Source: Botryllus schlosseri (lineage: Eukaryota). Taken from it: a DNA stretch of 64,000 nt. The stretch's first letter is position 1, and the number at the start of each line of letters is the position of its first letter. Below, piece by piece: positions 29,411 to 42,335 of the stretch. The notes beneath the pieces are model-generated. The model ran no database searches. It worked only from the letters and a program-made list of their open reading frames with translations, and had not been told where the DNA came from. The stretch lies in assembly GCA_051294905.1 (NCBI GenBank), contig CM119371.1, forward strand, positions 30,568,001-30,632,000, read 5' to 3'. The position numbers were made by a program, and so were the translations under genes.

Positions 29411-32002
29411 CCAAAACAGTGACCTTGGATATGTAAATACTATCGCAGGATATTTTGCAATCAGTTCACCAAATTACATATCAGATAGCTCTGACACCGT
29501 GTCGAGTGTCGATCCAAACTTATACCGTTTGCGGTCCATAGGCTACTTTATTAACCCTTGGAGGGGTAAAAATTTGCGTGACTATAACTTGCGATTGTAT
29601 TTACTACTATTCTCGTGCCTCGCGCTAATTGAACAGACGAAAATATGATGATTGTTTAGCAGAAAGAAGAAAGCAGACAGTCAATTTGACGTCATTTTTC
29701 AGTCAGTTTCAGGCTCAGACGGGCTAACGTACTGTATGTCTGCCACTACACCATTGTGTGTGTAGCTGCAGCTTCCAAACCATACTTTTGGTTAAGTAAT
29801 ATTTATAGGGCGGAAATATTAATTCACTACAGCTTGTGAGAGCTACGATTTGTGGTACGTCGTAAATTAAACAAGTTACTATTGCGTCGCAACCACAAAA
29901 GTTACACTGCCATTGAATTTCCCACTACGTTTATTTGAATTAATTCCACGTCAGAAAAATTAAACATATTCACGATTTTCATTCGCACTCAATCCGGATT
30001 TTCATTCGCACCATTCACACCACCTCCGTCATTCGCACCACAGTCATACAGGCTGAGAAGCACTGCTTTAGTGTATTATTTAGCGCTGCTGTGATGCCTG
30101 TTCTTGTCTTCTTGTTCTATTGTCCATTATTACGATTCAACTCTGTATTACGACATCCTACAGATAATAAAAGGTTTCAGATTTTTAAATCAAATAAAAT
30201 TTGATGTTTCGCTTTTCTAATTTAATTGTCAATACCTAGGCTATAAAGCGCCAAATTTCCTTATTTTGGGATTATGACATAAAATTGACTTGACACGAAC
30301 CGCCGGTTGGGAACCTCCTGCTCTTGAGATACTGGTTTGGCTGTGTTTCCATTATTTTGCTGCTAATTAAATTCATCGACAATAATCGTTTGTATTTGCT
30401 GGCAATGTTCACAAAATAATGAGATTCGGAACCACGAGGATATAGCAACGTTGCTGCTACAACGCTGACACTACTCTCAGAAGTTGTTATGGAACTGCGT
30501 AGGGTTCTAGTAGCCGAATAATTACTTTACCGCTGATTGGAATCCTTATTTAAAAAACAGGACTTCTTTATTGTGATGGTTTTTTACTCACAATAACAAC
30601 AGCAGCAACAACAACAGCATGGGATGAACGACGACCATGTCAATCAAGGTGGAGCACATGCAGACTGCGAGCATCAACTCAATAATGCGCGCGGTACCGG
30701 AATCACTATTTCCAATTCACACAGTATTGAAAATGTTCATCATCTCTGGCAGCAGTGGATCGCTCGAATCGCCATTAAATACGTTCCAAATCGAGGAAAC
30801 ATGCTGAGTAGAGCTGGACGCAATGATTCCGCTACTTGAATCTTGTTGGGTCGCCTGTCTTTTTTGTATTATCTTCATTCGGTGTGCAATTGTGCATGCC
30901 TCCTCTTCACATCGCCTATAGGCCCAGGTGGGAGTACGATCTCAGAGAACACTGCAAGTCGTTTCGACACCTTATTCCTTCCTATCTTTTCGTTGTAACG
31001 CAGTCCTATGCTGTTTTGAAATGATGAAAAGTCCTAATTAACTGATAGGCCCACTGAGATCTGATGTAGCATTACTTCTCATAATTTGAGTCGTGTAGTG
31101 GAGATGTTTTTTTCAAGTACTGAAATATAGGCTATGCTCTTTATCACCAAGAGGTAATTTATCAACGGTAACTTTAGTTTCGACACTATTCTCATCTATG
31201 GAAGGCTGTAAACTTAGATTGGTCGTATCGCAGGATACTAAACAGAAAACATGTAGGCCTATATATTCTTATGATCACATAAAGTGTACAGATTTGATCT
31301 TTCCGCATCATTTAGACTGGGTTGATGTCGTAATGTGTGATATGCCTAAACTCAAGTAGCCTACTCGACTAGACACCTACTCGATTCCGTATTGAATCAT
31401 TCAGGTACTCAATTTTGCTCAGCCCAAAGCTTTTAGCTAAAATGTTTGCACTCAAAACCGTGTGACAACCGTGATACACGAATGTGAATATACAGTTACA
31501 CCTGCGGTACACGAAATCAGAGCCTATACCTTATACCGTTGGCGAAAAAACTCTGCATTTCCACCCGTGTAGCACCCCTGATACACGGGTGTGAATATAC
31601 ATTATACCGTATACACCCATGAAACCAGAATCTACCGCGTGCGCAAATCGAGTAGCCTACAAAATTTTAATCCAAATTTTCCATGCACGTATAGGAACAA
31701 AGGAAGGTCTGCACGTAGACATGTGGGACATACGACCGCGGTATTATTTGTTTGTTATATTCACAGCATTGGCGTTTGTCGCCTATAAGGTTATGTGCGC
31801 CCAGAACGGTAATTTCGTTAAGATCAGTGTCTTCGCGGTCTTTTCAGTCATACGGCCGGCTATCCGACAGTCGACGAGCATGTCCTTGTCCACATTCAAG
31901 TCGAAATACAAGCAATTTCCACCAAATGATATCAAGGACTACTCCATGTCGTTTCCACACCTTCCCATCGTTCGATAGCATCACAATTTTTATGGTGTGT
32001 AG

Positions 32003-32558
32003 TAAAGATCGACCGATTATCGAGATGGCCGATTATCGAGGCCGATATTTAGAGCTTGCCCGATCATCGATATCGGTCTAAGAAGGCCGATGTCGCGGCC
32101 GATATTTTATATTTTAAAAAAATTAAAAATATTGGAAGTTCAATGCCCCGTGTTCTCAATCTCAAGAATTTGACGACGCAAAGGATAATATATGACAGAT
32201 TTACCATTGTAGGACGAGTTTAATTTGGTGAGCATGCAGAGAAACGTTGCTTCCTGCATTACAATCTACCTTTTCTGAACTGATCTGCAATTCTGTATCA
32301 TGTTTTGATTTTCGGGTTATCTTAAATTTCAACGAATGTTCACAATTAAGCAATAAGTCTTTTCGATTTCAGTTTTCTCGTTTGTTGTTCACCTTTCTGT
32401 GGCATGAACAAGTGCCATCTTGCCTAATATATAATATTTTTGGCGAAATTGTTCTCTGCTCCTTCCATATTAATATCGGCCTATGATATCGGTTATCGGC
32501 CTTGTGAGTGTCGAAATATCGGTATCGGCCTGTAAAAATCAATATCGGTCGACCTCTA
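32003..32558. mobile_element. hAT-like MITE with subterminal GCCGATA repeats
   Basis: Perfect TSD GTGTGTAG (31995-32002, 32559-32566); TIR TAAAGATCGACCGAT / ATCGGTCGACCTCTA. Confidence 0.9.
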
Positions 32559-32644
32559 GTGTGTAGGCCTATTGAACTGATACAAATTGCTAATTTCCGT
32601 GCTCGTGCCCACCGTGGGCCCACCATCCGCTACCATCGTTTTTC

Positions 32645-32839
32645 GTGCGTCCGTATGTTGAGTCTTTGCTGCCGACTTTTGGCTACGCTCTTTCACTATG
32701 GGCTTTTTCATACACTACAGTCTTAGCGAGGTTAGCGACGAGGAGCCCAGGCACATAGGAGTTGGTCCGAACCGGGATCCAAACCACGGCCATTAGTGTC
32801 GTGTCGCTAGCGATTACCCAACTGCGCCACTCGCTTCCC
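32645..32839 (-). mobile_element. tRNA-derived SINE, copy 1 (degenerate)
   Basis: Minus-strand head GGGAAGCGAGTGGCGCAGT with A-box-like and B-box-like motifs; body homologous to 38539-38738. Confidence 0.65.
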
Positions 32840-33379
32840 ATGATGACCGCGAATCACGATATAATTCTGAGTTCCGTTCATCAGTTTTCGTATCCCACTC
32901 TTTTCGGCCCTTTGGGTTTGAATACTCAGTCCTTTCGCTAAGAATGCAGACTCGACACACCACAGTATAAATCCAAGACAATATTTTGATCGAAATGATG
33001 CTTGCACGCAGTGGCGGCTCGTCCTATGGGGCAACTGGGGCATTGCCCCACCTAAAATTCTGTTCAATAACAATCTAACCATTTATAGACGCACAGCAAT
33101 CAATATATACCGAGATCATAGCGAAACCCGCGTTCTTCTTGTGCTTTCGCTAACAAATGCCCATACGTAGCGAAGTCTCTGCGAAAATCGAATTCTCTTC
33201 AGTGTTTTCGCTTTGTGAAGGCCTAGCCGGGGCTTGCCCCGGTAGCGCTCATAACAAGCTTTCACTATCTATTCTCTCAAAGCCGCGCACAATAAAGAAA
33301 CGGTGATTTACTCTCTCCTATTCGTAAAATGGCCGAGCAAGTGGGGCAACTATGCCTGGTCGCCCCTAAGGTGTGATGT

Positions 33380-34500
33380 AACAATCGTATCTATATCTGA
33401 ACTTGGTTACCGTAATATGCGTTGAGTCGACCTTTGCTGGTATATGTCGATTTTGACGGTGTTTCGCACCATGATAATTCTTGAAACTTGGTATGATACG
33501 TCGTGAAGGTAGTATTTAGCACTGCTCCAAGTTTCAGGCTTGCTACTTGAAGATAAGGGTAGTAATTTCGTTTCCGAAGTTCAGTGTGTGCTGATCTATC
33601 ATGTACATTGTACACTTGTACAGCAAACAGATTTTACTCAAAAGCCGGTATTGGACTCCATTGATTTTGACGATGTTCCATACCGAGATCGGTCATGACA
33701 TTTGGCACAGTAAGTCTTAATGTTAGTATCGACCGCTGTAACAAGTTTTAAGTTTGTCACTGAACTATGTGGGTGGTAATTTCGTTTCCAAATTCTAGTG
33801 AGAGCTGACTCTTCATTTATCGCTAACAGATTTACGCAAAAGCCGTTATTGGTCTCTATTGATTTTAACGATGTTCCATACCTAGATCTGTCATGAGCTT
33901 TTTCACAGTATGTCTTGATTGTAGTATCGAACGCGGTGCCAAGTCTTAAAGTTGACACTCAATGATTGAGGCAGTTATTTCGTTTTCGAAGTCGAGTATG
34001 GTAGAGATGCGCGCTGATCTGATACTTAGCCTACCTATATCATTGCGGATCTCACGCAAAAGCCGGTGTCTGTCTGTGCTAATCTAGTCTGCGTTCCATA
34101 ACGAGATCGGTGATGATATTTCCAATGGTATATCTCGATGATCGTATGAAACAGCTAACTAAGATTCTCGGTTTGCATTCAAATATTCACATAATTTTAT
34201 GTTCGCCAATGTGCATTTCACTGTGAAATTGTGGCCTTCAAACTATTTGCTTACAATCCCCTGTCAAATGCGATAGCTATTTCATTTTCGATGTCGGCTA
34301 ACAGCTGATCATTCGATCAGCCTATTCCTCGATCTATTTTACTCAAAGTTCGGTGTTCGTCTGTTTGTATTGATTTTGACAGTGTACCATGCCGGAATGG
34401 GTTATGAGATTGCGAATGCTACTTCTCGATGATTTCATGTAACAGTATGCTAAGTTTACGGCTTTCATTCATGTATTTATTGATTAATTTATCTTCCAAC
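33380..34500. repeat. Degenerate tandem array of ~200-bp units (about 5 copies)
   Basis: Recurring AAAGCCGGT...ATTGATTTTGACGATGTTCCATACCGAGATCGGTCATGA...TAATTTCGTTT blocks near 33420, 33640, 33840, 34060, 34345. Confidence 0.75.
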
Positions 34501-35376
34501 GGCGATTTCGCAGCAGACTTATAGACAGTAAGCCGTATGTGTTGCGTCACAATCTCCAATTTCAAGGCCCAAATGTACTATGTTGTTCCGAGACCGAAGT
34601 TCCGAGGCTGCTGTCCTTAGTTCTTCAAAGACCATTGAAATTGATGTTCTGGATTCAATATGACAGGCCCAATCTATGAGATAACAATTGCGTAAGTGTC
34701 CGAAGTCGTTGACCTTTGCAGTTAGGCTTACGCAATCTTTCGAGTTCTAGTCATTGGAATTAGTCTCGTCAAGTCAAGTGCGAACATGAATCGTATTGAA
34801 TCTTTGCTCCGTACGTAGGCTAGTTTACGCAGTTGCCTTTAGAGCGAAAATTAGAGGTCTAGAAATTGTCCAGTCCATTGATCCTATCGTACGCCGGGTA
34901 CCTCCGCTTTGGTTGCCTATCACCTGGTCGTAACTCGTAAGTCGTAACCACCAGCTCAGTGGTCGTAACACACCAGGATCGTGTACGAAACACTTTCGGA
35001 CGGGCTTAGAAAAATTAGGGCCTATCGATTTGCGTAAACTCTACCATGAAATCATAACGCATGCTACTAAGGATGACCTGATAATTGATTCGTGGCATAG
35101 GGACGATTCTTAGTTCACGTACATTATGTAAAATAATCCTTTGATTAACAAAAATGAATAAAACATTTGTTACCACACTTCAAGTCACGGCTCACCGGCA
35201 AACCTCTCGCGGCACCTACGTTAAAATCACTGTTGTCGGGAAATTCATGTGACCAACATAAAGTTACTTTTTCACGTTGGAAACGCCATTGTGACGTCAT
35301 GTTGATAAAAGTCGCTCGCAGCCCTTTCCCCACCACCCGATATTGTCACGAGCCGCCACTGCTTGCGCGTAGGGAG

Positions 35377-37482
35377 CAGGGCTGTGGAGTCGGTAAATTT
35401 TACCACCGACTCCGGCTCCGACTCCGACTCCACACATTTTCAATATACCGACTCCGACTCCGACTCCGACTCCTGAGTCTTTAAACGTACCGACTCCGAC
35501 TCCGACTCCGACTCCTGGGTCTTTAAACGTACCGACTCCGACTCCGACTCCCGACTCCGACTCCAGCATTATTACCAATTTAATTCGAAAGTTATATGCC
35601 GCATTGTCGGTTGAATGACTATCATACAACCATTAAACATATGCAAACATATGATTAACGGTGGCATGCTAAATTGTTTCATTGTGGCACAGCTCGAATT
35701 ATCCACTATGCAATTAACATGAAAGAAAGATTTGCTAAATATCCTTCCTTTTTCAAGTTTTTATAACATGGACTCTCAAATATCCTGAAATGTATGAATC
35801 ATTCAAATATGGCAGATATCCAATCCTGTATAATAAAAATGTAGACACAAAATTCAAGTGTAGCTCTTGTGTATGAATCGGCAACTAATAAAAAGACTGA
35901 ACCTACTAATTTTGTCAATGCACACTATACTGATTACAAGCACACACACTCTTACTACTAATAAACATTAGTAATAAATGAAATTTAGTTTAAGTAGTCA
36001 AAGACCATAGCCTATGTCTAGTCTACATGTACTTAATCAAGTATTCAATGATTGGGACTTCCAGTCTTTCTTAATCATTTGTTCGACCCAAAAAGCTAAG
36101 CTACACTACAAGTATTTTTAATTTTGTCAAGTGGGAAGCATCGTTTGGTTAATTTACATCATTTTTACAATTTTACAAAACCAGCCGATGCATTTGCTTT
36201 GTCACAGTATCATGGTATAATTCCAAAAATTGCATCAATTTTGACTGCATCGCGAAAACGCATATTGCGATTTTCTTCCCCTGTGCAACTGAGTTGTAAT
36301 TTGCAAGTAATGTATAATTTTATCTATATCAGGGGTGGGCAACTTTTTCGGTCAAAGGGACAAATGAGATTTACGAACCATTGCGCGGGCTACTGGAATG
36401 TTGATAACCTTTTTTTAGTTGTCCGATAGGAGCCAACCGAATTAGGTAACATTGCAAACAAGACTTATATTATAACGCTCTAAAATTGATAACAATATGT
36501 CATGCAACTGTGCAGTGCGCAATCAGGCCCTGGTCGCGCGAAGCGCGCAATTTTTTGCAAGATAATGACTGAATTATATCAATAAATATGTTGCTAACAT
36601 ACATTGGGGGTCGCATCTGTATACCACTGGGCTCATTTGGCAAGGACAGGATTATTCGATCTTGAGACATAGCAAAATCGACGGTATCGGTGAACATCCC
36701 CCTATCATTTTGTGCAAATGTTTTGTCGACGATCTCGCTGCGAGTGCACAAGCGAAGCCGCATGTTGGACGACACGTTATCTCCTAATTGCGAATATAGC
36801 TAGACTCAATTCTGTGAATAATATGTATTTATAATTTTCAGAAGGGGGCTCAAATACTGAATGCAAAAAATCAAGTGACGATGAATCATGCGAAGTACCG
36901 AGAAAAATTTCAAGTCAAATAAATCTGCTATGAAATATTCTACTTTATGGTCATATACGAAGATCTGGGATAAATGTGGCTGGCCCCTGGATACGTCAAT
37001 GCGTCGGAACTGTTGTTTTAGTCATCATCAAATTTCGCGGTCATGCTAATCAAATATTGGTTGGCCTTGCAATTGTACCTGATGTCATAAATAATTTCGA
37101 GAATGAACTCGCAGGCCACACTTAACCTTCTCGTGTTCCATATTTGGCCTGCGTCCCACGGGCTGGCCGCACCTGATCTGTATGGTTATTAATAACAGTG
37201 ATTGGTGGAATGGTGGTACATGAAAATTCTATTGAAAATTCTTTGAAAGCAAATGTCTTCATGATAGAGAAGTTGGAGTCGGAGTCGGAGTCGAAGTCAG
37301 GGTAATTCTCCCAAACTCCGACTCCGACATCAGTAAGTATTTTCCCCACGACTCCGACTCCGACTCCGACTCCAGCTATTATAGTTTTCACGACTCCGAC
37401 TCCGACTCCGACTCCATCAAGCGAAAATTACCCAGACTCCGACTCCGACTCCACCGACTCCGACTCCGACTCCACAGCCCTG
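35377..37482. mobile_element. hAT-like non-autonomous element with (CCGACT)n subterminal arrays
   Basis: TIR CAGGGCTGTGGAGTCGG / CCGACTCCACAGCCCTG; perfect TSD GTAGGGAG (35369-35376, 37483-37490). Confidence 0.93.
36330..37175. mobile_element. MITE nested inside the 35377-37482 element
   Basis: Ends CAGGGGTGGGCAAC / GCTGGCCGCACCTG (degenerate TIR); TSD ATCTATAT / ATCTGTAT (7 of 8). Confidence 0.7.
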
Positions 37483-38538
37483 GTAGGGAGTATAAGGAAA
37501 GTATATGCACGAGCATGTGGGCACGTAATAACCAATGTTCATTCAAATTTTGGGCAACCGTGAGCATTATCCAGGTTCAAAACCGCACTTTGTTAGCACT
37601 GCAAAACGCTGATCTTGGATCCAAACGCTCGTCTTGATGCCCAATGCTCATCCAACCACCTCAATATAGGAAAATTTCAGCACTGTCCTTTAATCAGTCA
37701 CATTCACAGACACACACTCATTTTTCTGAAACTAACCAAGTCAGGCATTACTCGATTCGCGAACGAGCCGGAATAGGTAACACGCGAACGCAGGACTTAT
37801 TCATAGATTTGTATCGGCTTATAGGGCTGTGTGTTATAGTGTCAAGAGATGGATTTTTTCAGTAATACATTAGCTAAGGGTCGGGCAACTTCTCCAGACG
37901 GCGGGCCAGATATGTGTAAATGAAGTACTCGGCGGACCAGATGCCTGAATCGATACTTTAAACGCGTATTCATCCACCTATATGCAAGGAATATTCGTAT
38001 GTAATGTAAATTTTAAGTTGGAGGCATATAAACCAAAACACGATTCAATGAATTAATGAATGCAATGTATTTCAATATCTGTTGAAGTCAATGACACATC
38101 TGTGGTCGATCAAAGTTGTGAACAGGTTCTTTGAATTCTGGCTGCATGTTGCGCACATAGAAAACAATTATGACTAAAGATAACTAAAAATCACTATTAT
38201 TTGTGTCCGACAAAAAGAATGAACAACCTGTAGTCACTTTAATTTGACATATAGTGAGCAGGTGGCGGAGAATTGAGGCGGGCGGTATATTGGTCGCCCA
38301 GCATGGTATTGTATACTAACGAGGGGTTGGGATTATTTTCCGAATTTATCAAGATATCAAATTCATTACGGTTATTAGTACACAGGTCTTGTACGTCACG
38401 ACACAGATATATGTAGAGTTCAAATTCATTGTCTGGCGGTCAAGTATCTTCAACTTCATGCAGGGCGGTATTTTTCTGGCTTTATCATTGGAGGACTTCC
38501 ATCCACGCGCGCATTCACGCATTCACTCTGTCTCTTGC

Positions 38539-38738
38539 ATGCGTCCGTCTTCGGGTCTTGGCTGCCAACATTATGAGAGCGCGGCTTACGCTGTTGCGGG
38601 GCTTTTCAACACACAGCGGGATCGGCGATGAGGAACCCAGATATCCTCCGACAAATAGGATCATGGCAGAGCCGAGACTCGAACCAAGAACCATTTGTCG
38701 CGATCGTGTCGCTTGGCACACTGCGCCACTCGCTTCCC
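38539..38738 (-). mobile_element. tRNA-derived SINE, copy 2
   Basis: Minus strand GGGAAGCGAGTGGCGCAGTGTG...GGTTCGAGTCTCGG with Pol III A-box and B-box spacing; shares body with 32645-32839. Confidence 0.7.
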
Positions 38739-39774
38739 TAATTCATTACGGTTGGGAACATGCGTAAATGCAGGTAATGCAAGCCTTTCCGTGTTGACGA
38801 ACTCACGCGTAAGCTCCAGTCTCGCACTCGCACTCTGCACACACGCTAAAGAGTAACCTACAGCCCGTGTCATTGGACGTAATAAGCAAGTAGTGTGGGG
38901 TCGCGGAAGACTGTGGTCGCGGGCCACATTATCACGTACGACCGGAAACTCTCCGCGGGCCGCGTTCGCAAACGAATCTTGATAGGTTTCTGAGCTGTGA
39001 ACCTTTTCATATATTACAATTTTTCACGTCACTATCGCATCTTTGTTTGAAATTATTCACATATCAAATTCGGTGCACTCTATACATGGCATTGGCAGCA
39101 TAAAGAATTAACACTAAACGAGCATGTAAGTAATGAAATTATCTATGCTGATCACTTGGCATTTGGAAAAAGAGGACGAGTATGTGTTGTAGCCTACTTT
39201 GGAGCGTTCAACATATATTCATTCGCCGGCGATTTCGATGTCGGGAATTCTTGGGCCTAATCTTCAATGTCATCCATATGGAAATCCAACGACCGCGAAA
39301 TAAATTTCCGATCTGAAATACATTATGATGTTGTAAGTGGGGGTTGACAAAGTAAACGGCCGAGTTAGTTGCTTATGATATATTCTTTCGCCATCTGGAA
39401 ATTGTACGTGATTAAATTTACAAAATCTTAACTCATCGGACAGGTATCAAATTTCTTGTACCTTATTACCTTTTGCAAGAGACTAAATGTGATTGAACGG
39501 ATGCTAACAATTTAGCGCTGCCGGTACCGTGACACATACTAACTATAGGCCAGGGGAAAATCCAGTACATGAGTGATTCCATTCCGCAGAGGGGTATCAA
39601 GCTTCAAGTTGAGTCGAGTATTCCACTACCACTCAGTATGTCTGCCGCAACCCAAACCCCCAAATTTGGGAGGGGGGTGAGCTCGAAGGCGTCCCAAAAT
39701 TATTTCGTGAATTAACATAAATTATGGAGTATTATTTTTGTAGGTTTATGCAAATTTTCCAATGATTTATCAAA

Positions 39775-40230
39775 ATGGACATTTCGGCATCGGCCATTAC
39801 CGCATCACGACGCACCACGACGTATTAAGAAATTTTAGGCAATTTCGCATGCGACTCTGAGAAGTTTGCCAGACCGATCGGCAGCGAGAAAACCTCCTCC
39901 TGGCCTGTCAATGTGAACCCCTCAAGTAAAATGCCATCCCGCAGTGAAGAAATACCAATTTGAAATGGTGTGCGTCTTTTAGATTAGTACGTTTGGGCAA
40001 TTTCAATACCTTTTGACATAGCAGACAGGTGGTCACGAAATAACATCAAGTAACGAAGTCATTATACCAACGCGTTAGCCCGAAGATGTTTGATTATTTT
40101 TATTTATCTGCCCTTGATTTTCGAAGAAACCTCACTCAGCTCTACAGGTAAATCTGGTTACCTGAGTACAGAGAGTATAAAAAAATGATAGCAACAGGCC
40201 TATATATGCAATTCCCGATCACATTGACTG
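39775..40230 (+). repeat. Interspersed repeat; inverted homologue of 45625-46180
   Basis: e.g. TTTGACATAGCAGACAGGTGGTCACGAAATAACATC and GCAATTCCCGATCACATTGA recur as near reverse complements at ~45800 and ~45627. Confidence 0.75.
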
Positions 40231-40918
40231 ATTCTATCAGGAGTTACGGAAAACTTTCGCGCTTCGCCTGTTTAGGCGAAATGAGCTTCCTGACTAAACA
40301 GAAGGCCTACAACAAATTTCGCTGATATTCCGTAGCCGCCGACTTGTATCACGTTCCACTTCTAGGCTTTATATAAGAAAACGCTTCCGCGGATGATATG
40401 ACCAGAACGAGCCTAGATAAACCTTCATCGCTTTGGTAGGAATTTTGGAGTCAACCTCGGTCAAAGTCGAATCCGCAACCCATTGATGTTGCAGCTGTGG
40501 AGTATACCACAATACGCGATCTCGTCAAGGCACAATGCTGTGGATTCGGCACAACTTCACAGATGTGTCATTTCCACGAACATGTGTAGCCTTTGTACCA
40601 AATGATTCTTATGCCGCAGTATACGGCAAATGGATGTTTTCAAGGATTCCACGGCTGAAAATACTATCAAAACTATAATTTTCGTTGATAAATTAACTAT
40701 TTGAGGTACGGTGCGTATAATTTCAACACTGGAAAAAAGTCACCTCTTACTGCTCGAATCATTATGCCCAGTCCTAATTATAACACAAGCAAACTGATAG
40801 ACTTAAGCTTATTTTCGTCGCGGTGTTAATACGTGATTATGATTTGCTTTGGCGGGGATACGAAGCAAATATAATAACGTTACAACGATATGATTCGAAA
40901 AGCGAACCGCTCTTCGAC

Positions 40919-41090
40919 TTATGTGTCATGGTTAATACGTACCAACAGGATCACCCTGCACTCTCGTGGCGTACCGCACAATTTATGCCGATCCAGCACT
41001 CCAACCGGTCTTATCAGCCCGGAATATTCGTTGATTTCTATTAAGCCATTGCTTCTCTTGAAGGAATCAGGTCCCAGGGTAGCAATAAAC
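40919..41090 (-). pseudogene. Protocadherin/cadherin-like fragment (orphan exon or pseudogene)
   Basis: IEINEYSGLIRPVGVLDRHKLCGTPRECRVILLV resembles the cadherin repeat pattern (IxxxSGxI...LDRExLC...C) of protocadherin EC1; DRE is DRH here; in-frame stop follows. Confidence 0.4.
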
Positions 41091-41370
41091 TGAGTGAATA
41101 TCGTCGTGTAGATTCCGATTGGTGTCCTGCTACGCCCGCGCAGGTAATCCCGAGTGTTGAGGATATGACCTGCATAAATCAGTGCCAAGTTGCAGCAGGG
41201 TTTTCCAAGCTTTTACTCGCGATCTATCACTACTATTGTGATAAACGGAGTATTTTAAATGCTGGTTAAACCAATAAATACCCTTATAGCCATGATGTCG
41301 TTTCTACTGTCAAGATTTCCTGAATTCAAAGATGCAGATGCAAAATTTAAAAAAGAGTTTGAGTTTACAC

Positions 41371-42335
41371 GGTCTCGTCCGGGATTTAAACCTGGGACCT
41401 GTCAGACCTAAAGCGAGAATCATACCCCTATAGAACAGAGGTCGGGAACCTTTTTCGTCTGATGAGCCATATTGACCCTATATTTTTTACTGGAAATTCC
41501 AAAGAGCCGTACACGTCTATCAACTGTGGGAAATACGCGACGTCATGCTGGTGGCACTAAACCCAAAATAAAACGCGAAAAGAGTGGTAAGGCTCAGTGA
41601 GATGCATATGGACCAAGACCAAGCCTCGCTTGCGATAGTGCAATCCATCGTAAATGGCTTAGAATCCATAATAACTGGTTTTATCCAATGAGGTTGTCGA
41701 ACAGATTACGAAAATCTCAATATTGATCTACTTCTCAATTCTCAAATTATTCGGCGGTAACATAACGTTACGCTGCACGCCGACATTTTAACGGCAGTAC
41801 CAGAAAACTACCACTTAACAACGTGGATAGCAGATAGCTGTGGCGTTGTGGTTATTTTGAGTTTATAAATGTAAACTAAACTTTCAAGGCAGTTCATTTC
41901 TTCCCGTAGATCAGTAAGACAATGTGTATTTGTAAACTGCATTGCCATACAGGCGTCCCATGTCCGCTATTCTCTTTGATCAATTAAGGTATGTTCCAAT
42001 CCAAGATTTCGCGACGCGTTATGCCGGTGTATCGAAGTCACCAGAGATATTGGTTGCTTGCTAGCGCCATTGCAACTTAAATTTGAGGATTCTGTAAAGC
42101 GGATGCGGGCCCGTAACTTTGGATACGCCACTGTCTTGACCTCTCAAAGGCATGTCTATGCTCCTATGAGAATAATTATTCTGACCGTTATGACAATTAG
42201 GCAACAAGTTGCTGCAATATTGATACATTAGGTTTAGAATTAAAAATTTGTCAAATAGCCACATCTTACACCCAAAACAGCCATACATGGCTCGCGATCC
42301 ATAGGTTCCCGACCCCTGCCCCAGACCAACGAGTC
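41371..42335 (-). pseudogene. tRNA-Pro pseudogene split by a MITE (parts 41371-41435 and 42319-42335)
   Basis: Joined minus-strand sequence GACTCGTTGGTC...GGGGTATGATTCTCGCTTTAGGTCTGACAGGTCCCAGGTTTAAATCCCGGACGAGACC closely follows the conserved metazoan tRNA-Pro, with several substitutions. Confidence 0.82.
41436..42318. mobile_element. hAT (Charlie-like) MITE inserted in tRNA-Pro
   Basis: TIR CAGAGGTCGGGAACC / GGTTCCCGACCCCTG (14 of 15); TSD degenerate. Confidence 0.85.

Noticed and set aside
31619..32081. Overlapping 119-aa and 109-aa ORFs, the first with a hydrophobic stretch
   Set aside because: No recognisable homology and no linked exons found
35297..37391. ORFs with GVGVGV / RLRLRL repeats
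   Set aside because: Translations of the (CCGACT)n subterminal arrays of a MITE, not proteins
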